A stretch of DNA of 64,000 nucleotides from an uncultured Gammaproteobacteria bacterium. GTDB lineage: Bacteria; Patescibacteriota; Patescibacteriia; UBA9934. Location of the stretch: positions 36,452 to 100,451 of the forward strand of contig CAYNYL010000002.1 in the NCBI GenBank assembly GCA_964401485.1, in the 5' to 3' direction. Below are positions 54,611 to 64,000 of this stretch, one piece after another (position 1 is the stretch's first letter; each line of letters begins with the position of its first letter). Position numbers and translations under genes: made by a program. The notes under the pieces were generated by a model. That model did not search any database and was not told the DNA's origin. It was given only the letters and a program-made list of their open reading frames with translations.

Positions 54611-55490
54611 AATCGGTAGGGTCAACCGTGAGCGTGAAACAATTTTCTCCGGCGGTATGCTCGAACGTTTCTTCCGCTGTAAATCCATACGGCTTTGACG
54701 CCGTGAGGGCACGGTCCGCGTTCTCGGATTTCGTTGCAAAGTCGGCGCAGAGCTCGAAGGTCGTATCGTTCACAACTTCGTAGCGGTACGCGAGATCCGT
54801 TGCCGGATCGAGTATGTCGCCCTCGTTGTACGAGACTTCGGTTAGTGATTCAGGGAGGGCCTTCTTTTTTGAATAGAAGTCGAGCACGTTGTACTTGATC
54901 GAGGTGAGTTCGCTTACTCGCTCCTCGTCGAGTCGCTCCTTGCGTTGTTCCATTGGCGTTCCGATTTCCATGAACCCAAAGATAAGGGACGAAAGAACGG
55001 CGAGTGATGCGAGGATTCCGGCAGTGACCGGGATTTTCGACGTGAGGATCGTCTTCATGTCCCAAATCGTATAGAGCGAGACGGCTCCGGCGGAGGCGAG
55101 AACGACGAGAAGGCGGAGTGCAAAATGAACCGTAAGTTCCCCGCCAAGAAATGCGCTTAAAATAACGATAAGATCGACAAGGAGCGTAAGGACCGCAAAG
55201 AACAGGGTGATATAGGAATACCATCGTCTAATTCGACTTTCTTTTGCGTCGGTTGTTCGAAGCAAGTCTTTTCGAATAAGGGTGTGAGCGAAAAGATAGG
55301 TTGGCCACGCGACGATAAGAAGCGCCATCATCGTTCGAATCGCGTCCGTTGAACCGTAATAGACCTTGAGGGGATCCGGGATCGCGAGGTAAATGATCTG
55401 CCAATAAAGGACCGTAAAACCGATAATTGAGAGGGCGAGTGCGGTAAGGTTGAGCGTTTGAAGGAAGAGCTCTTTCGGTTGATTTTTCAT
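54594..55490 (-). CDS. Hypothetical membrane protein with C-terminal extracytoplasmic domain
   Basis: Start MKNQPKELF at 55490 preferred (track start 55640 would overlap divergent gene); ~5 TM then soluble domain. Confidence 0.4.
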   Translation of the reverse strand: MKNQPKELFLQTLNLTALALSIIGFTVLYWQIIYLAIPDPLKVYYGSTDAIRTMMALLIVAWPTYLFAHTLIRKDLLRTTDAKESRIRRWYSYITLFFAVLTLLVDLIVILSAFLGGELTVHFALRLLVVLASAGAVSLYTIWDMKTILTSKIPVTAGILASLAVLSSLIFGFMEIGTPMEQRKERLDEERVSELTSIKYNVLDFYSKKKALPESLTEVSYNEGDILDPATDLAYRYEVVNDTTFELCADFATKSENADRALTASKPYGFTAEETFEHTAGENCFTLTVDPTDFTPKL

Positions 55491-55515
55491 ATAAATTAGC
55501 ATAGCATAGAACAGT

Positions 55516-56748
55516 ATGCGTGTCGCAATTATTGGAGGAGGGGCGGCCGGAATGATGTGTGCGGCAACGATTGCCGAAGAAGGGTCGGAAACCCACGTTT
55601 TTTTAGTTGATCGAAACGACGGGCTCGGGAAGAAGGTCATTATTTCCGGGGGTGGACGCTGTAATGTAACGACGGGGATTCAAGATATTCGAACGGTTCT
55701 TACGAAGTATCCCCGTGGGAACAAATTTTTAACGAGCGCGATGTACGGTTTTCCGCCTTCTGAAACGTACGCGTGGTTTGAGCGCCACGGTGTTCCGCTT
55801 AAAACCGAGAAGGATCTACGGGTCTTCCCTGTTTCAAACGATGGGCACGATATTGTCCGAGTATTTGAACGGGTATTTGCGGAGCGTGAAGTCGAGGTGC
55901 GGTTAAAAAGCGCCGTGAATTCGATCGAGAAGCGTGGAGCGGAGTTCCTCGTGTTTCTTAAGAACGAGTCTGAGCCGATCGTTGTCGATCGCGTCGTTCT
56001 TACAACGGGCGGTCAGGCGTATCGTCAGACGGGCTCTGTTGGCGACGGGTACGCGTTTGCGAGTGGACTTGGGCATACGATTACTCCGCTCGCGCCTAGT
56101 CTTAACGCATTTTTCACGCGTGAGAAATGGCCCGCGACGATTTCCGGGTTGTCGTTTGAATCGGCGACGATTACCGCAAAGCGTGCCGGTTCGCCAAAAT
56201 TCACCGGACCATTCCTTTTTACGCACAAAGGCATAAGCGGTCCCGCTGTATTCGCCCTCTCCTCGCTCGTCGCGTTTGAAAAATACGACGCGAATCAACC
56301 GCTTGAAATTACGATTGATCTCTTCCCTGCCGAAACGCACGAAGCGCTAACGAATCGTTTCGCGGAAATGATCAAGAATGAACAAAATAAATTATTTGGA
56401 ACTGTGCTCGGCTGGCTTGTTCCGAAGTCTCTCGCGGAAATCGTTATTAGTGAAAATACAATTTCGGCAACTAAGCGCGTAAATCAGGTAGCGAAAAAAG
56501 ACGTTGCCAAGTGCCTTACGTGGCTTAAGGCGGTTCCTCTATCGGTTATTGCGCGTGGCGCCGGCGACGAATTCGTTACCGCCGGTGGCGTTTCGACGGA
56601 CGAAATCGATCCGCGTACAATGGAATCAAGGATTTGCCCGGGCCTCTATTTTGCCGGTGAAATTATGAACGTTGACGGATTTACTGGCGGGTTTAATTTA
56701 CAAGCGTCATGGGCCGCGGGACGACTCGCAGGACAATCCATTCTATGA
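55516..56748 (+). CDS. HI0933/BaiN-like FAD-dependent flavoprotein (aminoacetone oxidase family)
   Basis: MRVAIIGGGAAGMMCAATIA dinucleotide-binding motif; GGGRCNVT; 410 aa. Confidence 0.8.
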   Translation: MRVAIIGGGAAGMMCAATIAEEGSETHVFLVDRNDGLGKKVIISGGGRCNVTTGIQDIRTVLTKYPRGNKFLTSAMYGFPPSETYAWFERHGVPLKTEKDLRVFPVSNDGHDIVRVFERVFAEREVEVRLKSAVNSIEKRGAEFLVFLKNESEPIVVDRVVLTTGGQAYRQTGSVGDGYAFASGLGHTITPLAPSLNAFFTREKWPATISGLSFESATITAKRAGSPKFTGPFLFTHKGISGPAVFALSSLVAFEKYDANQPLEITIDLFPAETHEALTNRFAEMIKNEQNKLFGTVLGWLVPKSLAEIVISENTISATKRVNQVAKKDVAKCLTWLKAVPLSVIARGAGDEFVTAGGVSTDEIDPRTMESRICPGLYFAGEIMNVDGFTGGFNLQASWAAGRLAGQSIL

Positions 56749-57797
56749 AAAAAGTACTCTTTATCGCGAGCTGTTTTTTGATAGCGCTTCTGTTATTTTT
56801 GGTTTCAATGACTCTTGTCATTCTCCTTGGATTTGTTGAGCGTCAAAAACCGCTCCCGGAGCCCGTGGTTTTAGAGCCAGAACCGGAAATTACCGAGGAA
56901 CTCATTCTTGGGACGGTGAGTGAGAACCCTCACCTTGCTTTTGAGTATTTTCGAAAGCTCCTTCTCGCGAGTCCCGATGCTTATAACGAGTGTCATGGAT
57001 TTGCTCATAAACTTGGGCACGAAGCCTACGAGCAGTTCGGGTTCGAAGGGGCGTTAAACTATTCGGATGCGCTTTGCGGTGGTGGTTTTGTTCACGGGAT
57101 TCTCGAGGCGCGATTTGGGGAGGAGTCGGTCGGCTCAATCGTTTCCGAGCTACCAACAATCTGCGAAGAAGAGAATACCGCTTGCTTTCACGGGATTGGT
57201 CATGGGCTCATGATTGTTACCTATCTTGATACAGACGCGTCGCTTCAGTACTGTGATCGCTTGCCGGAAGTTGGACGTAGCGATTGTTACGACGGGGTTT
57301 GGATGCATATTTTTGATCTTGAAGAGAGTGGCGCGCGCGATTTGCCGGATTACTCGACCGTGATTGATCCGGCGCATGTCACAAAGTCGGCAAAACGCTG
57401 TGCGGACACGGATAGCGCCTATAAAACGAATTGTTATTTCTATCTTCCAAGAATTCTTGCGCACAACGCGCTTGTATCGTTCGAGTACTACACGGATTTA
57501 TGTACGAGTGTAGATGAGCAGTATCAACTTACCTGCGCGGCGGGCTCGGGACACGCGGTAATGAAGTATGCGATTGAAAATCCAAATTCAGCCGTAGAAC
57601 AATGCCTAGGGTATGACCAAAATGAGCTAGCGGGCGGTTGCAAGGAAGGAGCATTTATCTACTATTTATTCGCCGGCGGACTTTCCTCGGTAAGTGACGA
57701 GCCGACGACCGGGTATCAAGAAAAGTGCAATGTCTTTATAGAGCAAAGTGATCGACGACTTTGCGACCGTGTAGACGGGTATCGAGGTGATATTTAA
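56745..57797 (+). CDS. Secreted/anchored Cys- and His-rich protein with repeated C-x-[HF]-G-x-[GA]-H motifs (hypothetical)
   Basis: MKKVLFIASCFLIALLLFLVSMTLVILLGF anchor; CHGFAHKLGHE, CFHGIGHGLM, CYDGVWMH, CAAGSGHAVM repeats. Confidence 0.45.
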   Translation: MKKVLFIASCFLIALLLFLVSMTLVILLGFVERQKPLPEPVVLEPEPEITEELILGTVSENPHLAFEYFRKLLLASPDAYNECHGFAHKLGHEAYEQFGFEGALNYSDALCGGGFVHGILEARFGEESVGSIVSELPTICEEENTACFHGIGHGLMIVTYLDTDASLQYCDRLPEVGRSDCYDGVWMHIFDLEESGARDLPDYSTVIDPAHVTKSAKRCADTDSAYKTNCYFYLPRILAHNALVSFEYYTDLCTSVDEQYQLTCAAGSGHAVMKYAIENPNSAVEQCLGYDQNELAGGCKEGAFIYYLFAGGLSSVSDEPTTGYQEKCNVFIEQSDRRLCDRVDGYRGDI

Positions 57798-57804
57798 ACA
57801 AAAA

Positions 57805-57837
57805 CCCCGGCGCTTCGCACGCCGGGATCTTTTATTT
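57805..57837. terminator. Bidirectional terminator between convergent genes
   Basis: CCCCGGCG-cttcgca-CGCCGGG with A-run on left and TCTTTTATTT on right. Confidence 0.65.
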
Positions 57838-58444
57838 ACTCTTTTTCTTCGGTCTCGGATTCCTCGGTCTCTTCGTCCGCTTCTTCAGCGTCCATGTCGA
57901 CCACGTCTCCGGTGACTTCTTCAAAGTCTTCGTCGACTTCAACGATTTCATCGTCGTCATTGTCACCCTCTCCCTCGATTTCTACGAGGATATCGAGAAT
58001 GCGATCAATCTTCGAGGACATGAGTTTGATTTGCTTTGCGAGATCGTCGTTTCCAGCCGCTCGTGGCGTTGAAACGTATGGGCGCTTTTCCGCACCACGT
58101 CGATCATCGAATCGTGAATCTTGTCCATCGTTCTTGAAACAATTGTTACAAAGAACTGGCTTGCGTCCGTTTGGTCGGAATGGAACTTGGCAGTCATTTC
58201 CACAATCGTTACAAACGGCGTCGTGCATCATCGGTCGGTCATTGTCTCGACCGCCTCCGAATCCACCGCCGAACCCACCACGATTTCCACCACCGAATCC
58301 TCCTCGGCTTCCGCCAAATCCACCTCGTCCACCACGGTCGCCCCCTCGGCGATCGTCTCCACCCTTCTTCCAGGTGCTTCCACCAAACTTCGATCCGCCA
58401 CTTCGGCGATCGTCTCCACCCCGTCTATCATTCGTTCTAAACAT
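57836..58444 (-). CDS. RGG/Gly-Arg-rich protein with CxxC-x17-CxxC zinc ribbon and poly-acidic C-terminal tail
   Basis: GGDRGGRGGFGGSRGGFGGGNRGGFGGGFGGG; CNDCGNDC...CNNC; C-terminal EGEGDNDDDEIVEVDEDFEE...EETEESETEEKE. Confidence 0.6.
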   Translation of the reverse strand: MFRTNDRRGGDDRRSGGSKFGGSTWKKGGDDRRGGDRGGRGGFGGSRGGFGGGNRGGFGGGFGGGRDNDRPMMHDAVCNDCGNDCQVPFRPNGRKPVLCNNCFKNDGQDSRFDDRRGAEKRPYVSTPRAAGNDDLAKQIKLMSSKIDRILDILVEIEGEGDNDDDEIVEVDEDFEEVTGDVVDMDAEEADEETEESETEEKE

Positions 58445-58450
58445 ACTCTG

Positions 58451-59926
58451 TTACTTTTTAATAAGTGTTGCGAGGTCTAATTTCTCGTTAAACGTAATTT
58501 GCTTAACGAACTCTTCCGCGTGGCTTACGACGATTAAGCACCCCTTATACTCGTCTAATGCCTTTGCAATAACCGGTAAATGCCGGAAATTGATATGGTT
58601 TGTCGGCTCATCAAAGATTAAGAGCCCAGGTTCTTGGAGGACGAATCGTGCGAAGCAAAGCAGTCCTTTTTGACCCTCGGACAATGCTCCAACCGGAGTT
58701 GCGAGCGTGTCGCCAGTTAAGAGGAAACGTGCGGCCACTCGGCGGATCGTTTCATTATCAGGCATATCCATTACTCCTTCGAGCGAAGCGTAGGCCGTTT
58801 CGTCGAAGTTGAGTCCCGAGAAGTCTTGTCGGTAGTAGCCGACTTTAACGCCTTCGGTAATCACTGCGCCTTCCGACTTCCCTTCCGCAAGGGAACGAAG
58901 GAGGGTGCTTTTTCCAATTCCGTTTGGTCCTGAAACGAGGAGGTGGTCGCCTCGGCGAAGCGTAAGGTCTACTTCGGCTTGATGTGGTTCATGGTTTTTA
59001 ATGACCTTAACCGATTTAATCGTCACGATCGGTTCCGTAAAGTGCTGGTTCGGAATTGTGAATTCTCCGATTGTTCGGTCGTCGCGTTTAACGTCGACCA
59101 TGTTCTCTTCCGCTTCCGCGACCTCTTCTTTAAGCTTTGCGGCAAGCGCGCGCATCTTTCCTCCCTTGTGGGCGAAGAAGTTTACCTTGTCCTTGCGATC
59201 TTGAATCGTTTTAAGGAGCTGGGCATTTTTTGCGCGGTCGCGCTCGACGCGTGCCGAGATTTCTTCGACAACATCCGAGTAGTTTCCGTCGTACTTATCG
59301 ACCTTACCTGTGAAGACATCAAGGTGAAAGACTCCCTCCGTAAAGCTATTTAAGAAATCGGCGTCGTGGGAAATGACCATGACCGTCTTCGGGTACATGA
59401 TAAGGAACGCGGTCAAATGATCGATTCCATCTCGGTCGAGGTTGTTTGTTGGCTCGTCGAGAAGAAGAATGTCCGGCTCTTGGATAAGTGCGAACGCGAG
59501 AAGGAGTCGTGCTTGCTGTCCCCCCGAAAATTCGCCAATGATCTTATCGAGAGGCGCCTTGAGGTTTACGATCTCGAGAGCATCCGCAATTTGCTTATCG
59601 AGATTGTATGGAACTTCCGTAAACGCTTTTTCGAAGTATTCGCGAACCGTCAGTCCGAGGTAGTCGCGCGCCATGACCTGCTTTGCCTCAGCAATCGTTG
59701 CCCCGGCCTTTTTATGGATCTTACCCTTTGTCTGGGTCAATTCGCCCGTAATCAGCTTAAAAATCGTACTTTTTCCGGCTCCATTTTGGCCCATGACGGT
59801 ATATTTTACCCCGTCGCGAACGGAAAAACTTGCCTCGTCTAGAATCGGCTTACGCTCGACGTATGAGAACGAAACATCCTCGAATCGAATAATGACTTCA
59901 CTATTTGACATACAAGGCCGAAGCAT
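58451..59926 (-). CDS. ABC-F family ATPase (tandem ABC domains, no TM)
   Basis: Two Walker A (GQNGAGKST; GPNGIGKST), two LSGG signatures (FSGGQQARL; LSEGQKGLL), inter-domain linker; 491 aa. Confidence 0.85.
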   Translation of the reverse strand: MLRPCMSNSEVIIRFEDVSFSYVERKPILDEASFSVRDGVKYTVMGQNGAGKSTIFKLITGELTQTKGKIHKKAGATIAEAKQVMARDYLGLTVREYFEKAFTEVPYNLDKQIADALEIVNLKAPLDKIIGEFSGGQQARLLLAFALIQEPDILLLDEPTNNLDRDGIDHLTAFLIMYPKTVMVISHDADFLNSFTEGVFHLDVFTGKVDKYDGNYSDVVEEISARVERDRAKNAQLLKTIQDRKDKVNFFAHKGGKMRALAAKLKEEVAEAEENMVDVKRDDRTIGEFTIPNQHFTEPIVTIKSVKVIKNHEPHQAEVDLTLRRGDHLLVSGPNGIGKSTLLRSLAEGKSEGAVITEGVKVGYYRQDFSGLNFDETAYASLEGVMDMPDNETIRRVAARFLLTGDTLATPVGALSEGQKGLLCFARFVLQEPGLLIFDEPTNHINFRHLPVIAKALDEYKGCLIVVSHAEEFVKQITFNEKLDLATLIKK

Positions 59927-59984
59927 AGCACGCCTTTGTGTATTTGTCCACCTTTTTTTGGCCAGAGTCTGCTATACTTTGAGC

Positions 59985-60911
59985 ATGTCTGCTCTCACGC
60001 TCCTCATTTTTGGATTCGGGCTCATCTTCCTTTGTTCGCGATTTATTGTTGGAGAAGTCGATGGGCTTGCAAAACGGATTCGTTTTTCCAAATTCGGTGT
60101 TTCTTTCCTGCTTCTTGGCGCGCTCACCTCTCTTTCCGAGATATTTATCGCGATCTCAAGTCAGGCCTCGGGTGTACCTGAGATTTACGCGGGGAACTTG
60201 ATCGGGGGCATGTTTGTGATTAGCTTATTCATCATTCCGCTACTCGCCCTTTGTAAAAACGGTCTCGTTTTTGATAAGACATTCCCGCGGAAGAAATTTC
60301 TCTCGTTCGGACTACTAAGTTTTTTACCGATTATTGTTGCGATCGACGGGGTGATTTTTCGAGCAGAGGCGATTCTACTACTCGTTGCTTATCTCGCCTT
60401 TCTCTACTACGAGTTTTTCCTCCATGCGGAAGTCGTCCGGCTTAATCGTATCGCCACAAAGCGAAACCTCTTGGGATTTTTTATCATCGCCTCTTCCGCG
60501 GTAGGAATTTTCTTTGGCTCCCAATTTCTCGTTGCGAGTACGCAGGAGATTGCGCTTTCCTTCGGGATTCCGATGTTCATCCTAAGCTTGTTTCTCCTGT
60601 CCTTTGGAACAAATATTCCAGAGATTTCGATTGCGGTTACGAGTCTGATGAAAAAGAACACGGATATTGCATTTGGAGACTACTTCGGCTCGGCGTCATT
60701 CAACGTCCTAATTCTCGGGCTGTTTGGGACAATGAATCGGTATGTTGCAATTGATCTCGGTAATGGAAAGTTACTCCTGCTCTTTTTCATTGCAAATTTG
60801 CTTTTCCTCTTTTTTGGGCTTACAAAAAGTCGCATCGGACGCTTTGAGGCATTCCTTCTCTTACTTGTATTTCTTCTCGTGTTAACGTACGAAATTTTCG
60901 TACTTTCCTAG
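59985..60911 (+). CDS. CaCA-family cation:proton/sodium antiporter (YrbG/ChaA-like)
   Basis: Two alpha-repeat regions (GALTSLSEIF...; GTNIPEISIAVTSL...) in a 308-aa polytopic protein; start MSALTLL internal to track ORF 59673. Confidence 0.7.
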   Translation: MSALTLLIFGFGLIFLCSRFIVGEVDGLAKRIRFSKFGVSFLLLGALTSLSEIFIAISSQASGVPEIYAGNLIGGMFVISLFIIPLLALCKNGLVFDKTFPRKKFLSFGLLSFLPIIVAIDGVIFRAEAILLLVAYLAFLYYEFFLHAEVVRLNRIATKRNLLGFFIIASSAVGIFFGSQFLVASTQEIALSFGIPMFILSLFLLSFGTNIPEISIAVTSLMKKNTDIAFGDYFGSASFNVLILGLFGTMNRYVAIDLGNGKLLLLFFIANLLFLFFGLTKSRIGRFEAFLLLLVFLLVLTYEIFVLS

Positions 60912-60954
60912 CGCGTCTTGCCTATTTACTCGGCAGGAGTAGAATCCCTGCCAT

Positions 60955-62565
60955 ATGACATTCTTGTTTGATCGTTTGAAAGAAAATTGGCGGTCGGCGA
61001 TCTCCGTCGCGCTCGTTTCAGTCCCCCTCTCGATCGCGCTCGCGGTCGCTTCTGGAGCGACCCCGGCGATGGGAATTATTACGGCCGTTTGGGCGGGTCT
61101 ACTCGCTTCGATTTTTGGAGGGAGCGCGCATAATATCGTTGGTCCTGCGGGTGCGCTATCGGGAATGATTGCTGCCTACTCGCTTGTACACGGTCCCGAA
61201 TCGCTTCCGCTCCTTGCGATCGCGAGCGGTGTATTTATCTTTTTTGGATACTTGATCAAGATTGAAAAATATTTGGTTCTCATTCCAAACACCGTCATGA
61301 TCGGGTTTAGCCTCGGAGTTGCCTTTCTTATTGGTCTTGGTCAGATTAATTCCGCATTGCGACTTGAGGGGCTCGAGAAGCACTCGCACTTTATTCTAAA
61401 TGTTCTCGAGAGCATCAAGCACCTGAACGAGGCGTCTCTCGCGAGCGCGCTTGTGACGCTTGCTTTTTTTGCGATTCTCTTCGCATTTGTTAAGTTCATT
61501 CCAAAAGTTCCCCCCGTTGTTGCCGTAACGCCATTTGGAATCCTTCTCGGGTTTCTTACAACGAAATCGCTTTTACCGTTTGATGTTCTTACTCTTGGAG
61601 AGAAGTTCTCTGGGACCTCTCTCTCGCTCGTGCAAATCCCAACGTTTGCCTTTGATATTTCTCTTCTTTCCGCCGGGCTTTCTATTGCCTGTGTCGCAAT
61701 TATTGAGACACTTATCTCGGCTCGGATTGGCGAGATGATGACGGGAGTTAAGTTCAATCGTCGGAAAGAAATGCTCGGGCTTTCGATTGCGAGTATTGGT
61801 TCTGGGCTTGCGGGAGGACTTCCTCCAACCGGAGTGTTCGTTCGTACAGGCGTTAATATTAAATCGGGCGCAACACACCAAATTTCACAGGGACTTCACA
61901 GCGTCATTGTTGCCGTTATCGCCGTAGCTTTGTTTTCCTTTGTCAATTATCTTCCGATGCCGGTTGTCGCGAGTATTCTTCTCTTTGCGTCCGTGCGGAT
62001 GGTCGAAACAAAGCACTTTGTTGAGCTCTATAAAAACGCGCGCGTGGAGTTTGTGATCGCGCTTCTTGTTGCGATCATCATGATTTTTGTCGATACGATT
62101 GTTGGACTTGGGGTTGGGGCGCTTGTCATGCTTCTCTTCTTTATACAAAAAACGACCAAGGGAAGTTTTGAAATGACGACCAATGCGGAAGGAAATGTGC
62201 TCCTCAACCGCTACTACACGGGCGATACGATTGACGCGTCAAAGCCGGTCGATAAACTCGTCTACTCCTTCAAGGGGTCGCTCACCTACATCGATGCCGA
62301 GGCACACGAACACCGCGTTCTTGATAGAGCGCCGAAGGCTCGTGAAGTGATCTTGCGTTTGCGAGAACTTGCCGTGATCGATCTCGACGGTGTGCATACC
62401 TTTGACCGGATTGTCGACACGCTCGAAGAGCGAGGTGTGAGTGTTCATATCTCGAGCGGTTCCCACGCGGTTGTCGCGATGCTGAAGAAAGGTCACGCGT
62501 ACGCACACTTAAAAACGGCGGGACGTGTGCATGAAAATACGCGGATCGCGCTCGGCTTGGTATAA
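60955..62565 (+). CDS. SulP-family anion transporter with C-terminal STAS domain
   Basis: 536 aa; SulP TM core; STAS-like C-terminus (YSFKGSLTYIDAEAH...). Confidence 0.8.
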   Translation: MTFLFDRLKENWRSAISVALVSVPLSIALAVASGATPAMGIITAVWAGLLASIFGGSAHNIVGPAGALSGMIAAYSLVHGPESLPLLAIASGVFIFFGYLIKIEKYLVLIPNTVMIGFSLGVAFLIGLGQINSALRLEGLEKHSHFILNVLESIKHLNEASLASALVTLAFFAILFAFVKFIPKVPPVVAVTPFGILLGFLTTKSLLPFDVLTLGEKFSGTSLSLVQIPTFAFDISLLSAGLSIACVAIIETLISARIGEMMTGVKFNRRKEMLGLSIASIGSGLAGGLPPTGVFVRTGVNIKSGATHQISQGLHSVIVAVIAVALFSFVNYLPMPVVASILLFASVRMVETKHFVELYKNARVEFVIALLVAIIMIFVDTIVGLGVGALVMLLFFIQKTTKGSFEMTTNAEGNVLLNRYYTGDTIDASKPVDKLVYSFKGSLTYIDAEAHEHRVLDRAPKAREVILRLRELAVIDLDGVHTFDRIVDTLEERGVSVHISSGSHAVVAMLKKGHAYAHLKTAGRVHENTRIALGLV

Positions 62566-62572
62566 TGATGCC

Positions 62573-64000
62573 ATGGCAAAAGGAGGAAAACCAACTATCT
62601 CACCTTGGATTGAACAAATCCATCGTAAACGTGTTGGAAAAACATTAACCAAAGACTATTCGACACAGGTTGCAATTGTCGGAGGAGGAATCGCCGGAGC
62701 GACGACTGCCTATTTTTTGCTGACAAAAACGAGGAAGAGTGTTGCTTTGTTTGAGGCGGGAAAGGTTGCTCACGGGGCGACGGGACACAATGCGGGGCAA
62801 CTCGTAAGCTATTTTGAGCGACCGTTCCACGATATCGTCGACGAGTTTGGTCTTCGTCTTGCCGCGGACGGACAGAGGGCTGTCGATTCCGCTTGGGAAC
62901 TTCTTGATGAGATCGTGAAAGACCTAAACCTAAAAACCCCGATCCATACCTTCACGGGGTTTGCCGGGTGCGTCGACAAAGAGGAGTTATTTACACACCT
63001 TGAGAACAAACGATTAAAGAAAAAGGCTGGTTTGAAAACCGAGGAGTGCTTTGTTTCAAAGCGGTTTCTCGATTCCCACCGCATCCCCTATCGTTTCCGA
63101 GGCCTCTATCGACCGCTTCCGCACATGGAAGTGCTCGACATGCTTGAAACAAAGGATGATCGCTATATCGCCGTTCTCGTTTCAAAAAAAGGAGTCGCAA
63201 ACAGTGCGCGCTTTACGGAGGAATTAATCTCGGCGCTACTTAAGCGTTACAAAACGCGGTTCACCGTATTTGAGCAAACAAAGATTGCTCGCGTCCACCT
63301 GTTTACGAGCCTTGTACGGCTCGAGACGGCAAGGTACGACATCGCCGCAACCCACGTTATCCTTTGCACGAACGGATTTGAAGGCTTTCATATTATTAAT
63401 CACGCCGGCAAAGATATTGACGCTTCGTTCCACCATCTCGTAAAGGGATCGGTTGGTTACATGGCTGGGTTTTATGAACATTCAGTGAAATCCCCCGTCG
63501 CAATAAGCTATCTTCCAACAAGTAACCCAGTGTCTCTTGATGTCTATGATGCTGAACCCTACTTTTATCTTACTCGGCGACCATTTGACGGTGGGCGCGA
63601 CGACACGAATTTAATTTGCATCGGCGGACCGGAGCATCTCGTCGAAGAAACGGGCGGATACCGTCGTACGGCTCCGTACTCGGCGGAAGCAAAAACGGCG
63701 ATTGATCGATTCGTAAAGCGCACCTACCGCCACGCAAAAAAGCGCTTTACCTATTCACATCTTTGGCACGGACTTATGGGCTACACGCCAAACGGAATTC
63801 GCTGTGTTGGGTTTGAGCCGATTAACCACCGCCTTCTCTACAACCTTGGGTGTAACGGGGTCGGGATTCTTCCGTCGATCGCCGGGTCTTCTCGGATTGC
63901 TCGATTGATCCAAAAGGGCCGTCTCCCGAAAAGTATTTTTGATCCGGTCGACTTTTTGCGTGACGGTGATGGCCATTACAGGCGTCGGCAAAAAATCGAG
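62573..64000 (+). CDS. FAD-dependent oxidoreductase (DAO family), 3' end beyond window
   Basis: QVAIVGGGIAGATTAYFL Rossmann motif; ORF open to window end in this frame (not listed in track because incomplete); LGCNGVGI near end. Confidence 0.7.
   Translation, partial: MAKGGKPTISPWIEQIHRKRVGKTLTKDYSTQVAIVGGGIAGATTAYFLLTKTRKSVALFEAGKVAHGATGHNAGQLVSYFERPFHDIVDEFGLRLAADGQRAVDSAWELLDEIVKDLNLKTPIHTFTGFAGCVDKEELFTHLENKRLKKKAGLKTEECFVSKRFLDSHRIPYRFRGLYRPLPHMEVLDMLETKDDRYIAVLVSKKGVANSARFTEELISALLKRYKTRFTVFEQTKIARVHLFTSLVRLETARYDIAATHVILCTNGFEGFHIINHAGKDIDASFHHLVKGSVGYMAGFYEHSVKSPVAISYLPTSNPVSLDVYDAEPYFYLTRRPFDGGRDDTNLICIGGPEHLVEETGGYRRTAPYSAEAKTAIDRFVKRTYRHAKKRFTYSHLWHGLMGYTPNGIRCVGFEPINHRLLYNLGCNGVGILPSIAGSSRIARLIQKGRLPKSIFDPVDFLRDGDGHYRRRQKIE

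Noticed and set aside
55488-55518. Overlap of track ORF 54594-55640 (minus) with divergent flavoprotein gene start
   Set aside because: Resolved by choosing the internal Met (MKNQPK, 55490) for the membrane protein; N-terminal 50 aa of the track ORF are Pro/Ala-rich non-membrane sequence.
57894-58673. 259-aa plus-strand Ser/Pro-rich ORF
   Set aside because: Mirror image of the Gly/Arg- and Asp/Glu-rich low-complexity gene on the minus strand; runs across the terminator and into the ABC-F gene.
1-64000. Mobile elements (IS, integrase, transposase, phage genes)
   Set aside because: No DDE transposase, tyrosine/serine recombinase or phage structural motifs recognised in any frame; the tRNA-Asn-adjacent atypical genes lack an integrase, so no mobile element is called.

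Overview
This 64 kb window looks like a gene-dense bacterial chromosomal segment with roughly 50-55% GC. Coding is on both strands with short or overlapping intergenic spacers. I call about 73 protein-coding genes and one tRNA (tRNA-Asn GTT); there are no rRNA genes, no CRISPR array, and no transposase or integrase. Translated sequences are diverged from model organisms, which fits an uncultivated lineage (possibly Patescibacteria-like; this cannot be confirmed from sequence alone). The housekeeping backbone is: fmt-def-priA-like, clpB, gltX, serS, lysS, greA, mrdA-mreD-mreC-mreB, a UvrD-type helicase-nuclease, tatD, metG, rsmI, pepA, two peroxiredoxins, a mutY-like glycosylase, a trmH-family methyltransferase, transaldolase, ppa, an ABC-F ATPase, a CaCA antiporter and a SulP transporter. 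Interleaved accessory content is: (i) a 5'-truncated polysaccharide/O-antigen-type cluster at the left edge (flippase, GT4, 2x GT2, Wzy/ligase-like); (ii) a GC-rich lipoprotein + small membrane protein + large surface protein carrying two perfect 99-bp tandem repeats that encode thrombospondin-type-3-like Ca-binding motifs; (iii) a tRNA-Asn flanked by compositionally atypical genes, namely a GC-rich translationally coupled pair of unknown function upstream and a low-GC Fic/Doc-family gene downstream; (iv) a Fur-family regulator divergent from a ZIP transporter with a large imperfect inverted repeat between them, and further downstream a DUF1905/YdeI/cupin/COG0523-GTPase/DM13 cluster; (v) a GC-rich islet with in-frame antisense ORFs just upstream of trmH; (vi) several small ORFs missed by the >=60-aa ORF track (an lmo0937-family membrane peptide, a 49-aa membrane peptide with a strong SD, a 40-aa basic protein with a textbook promoter and terminator). 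All functional calls come from motif recognition by eye; no database search was run.
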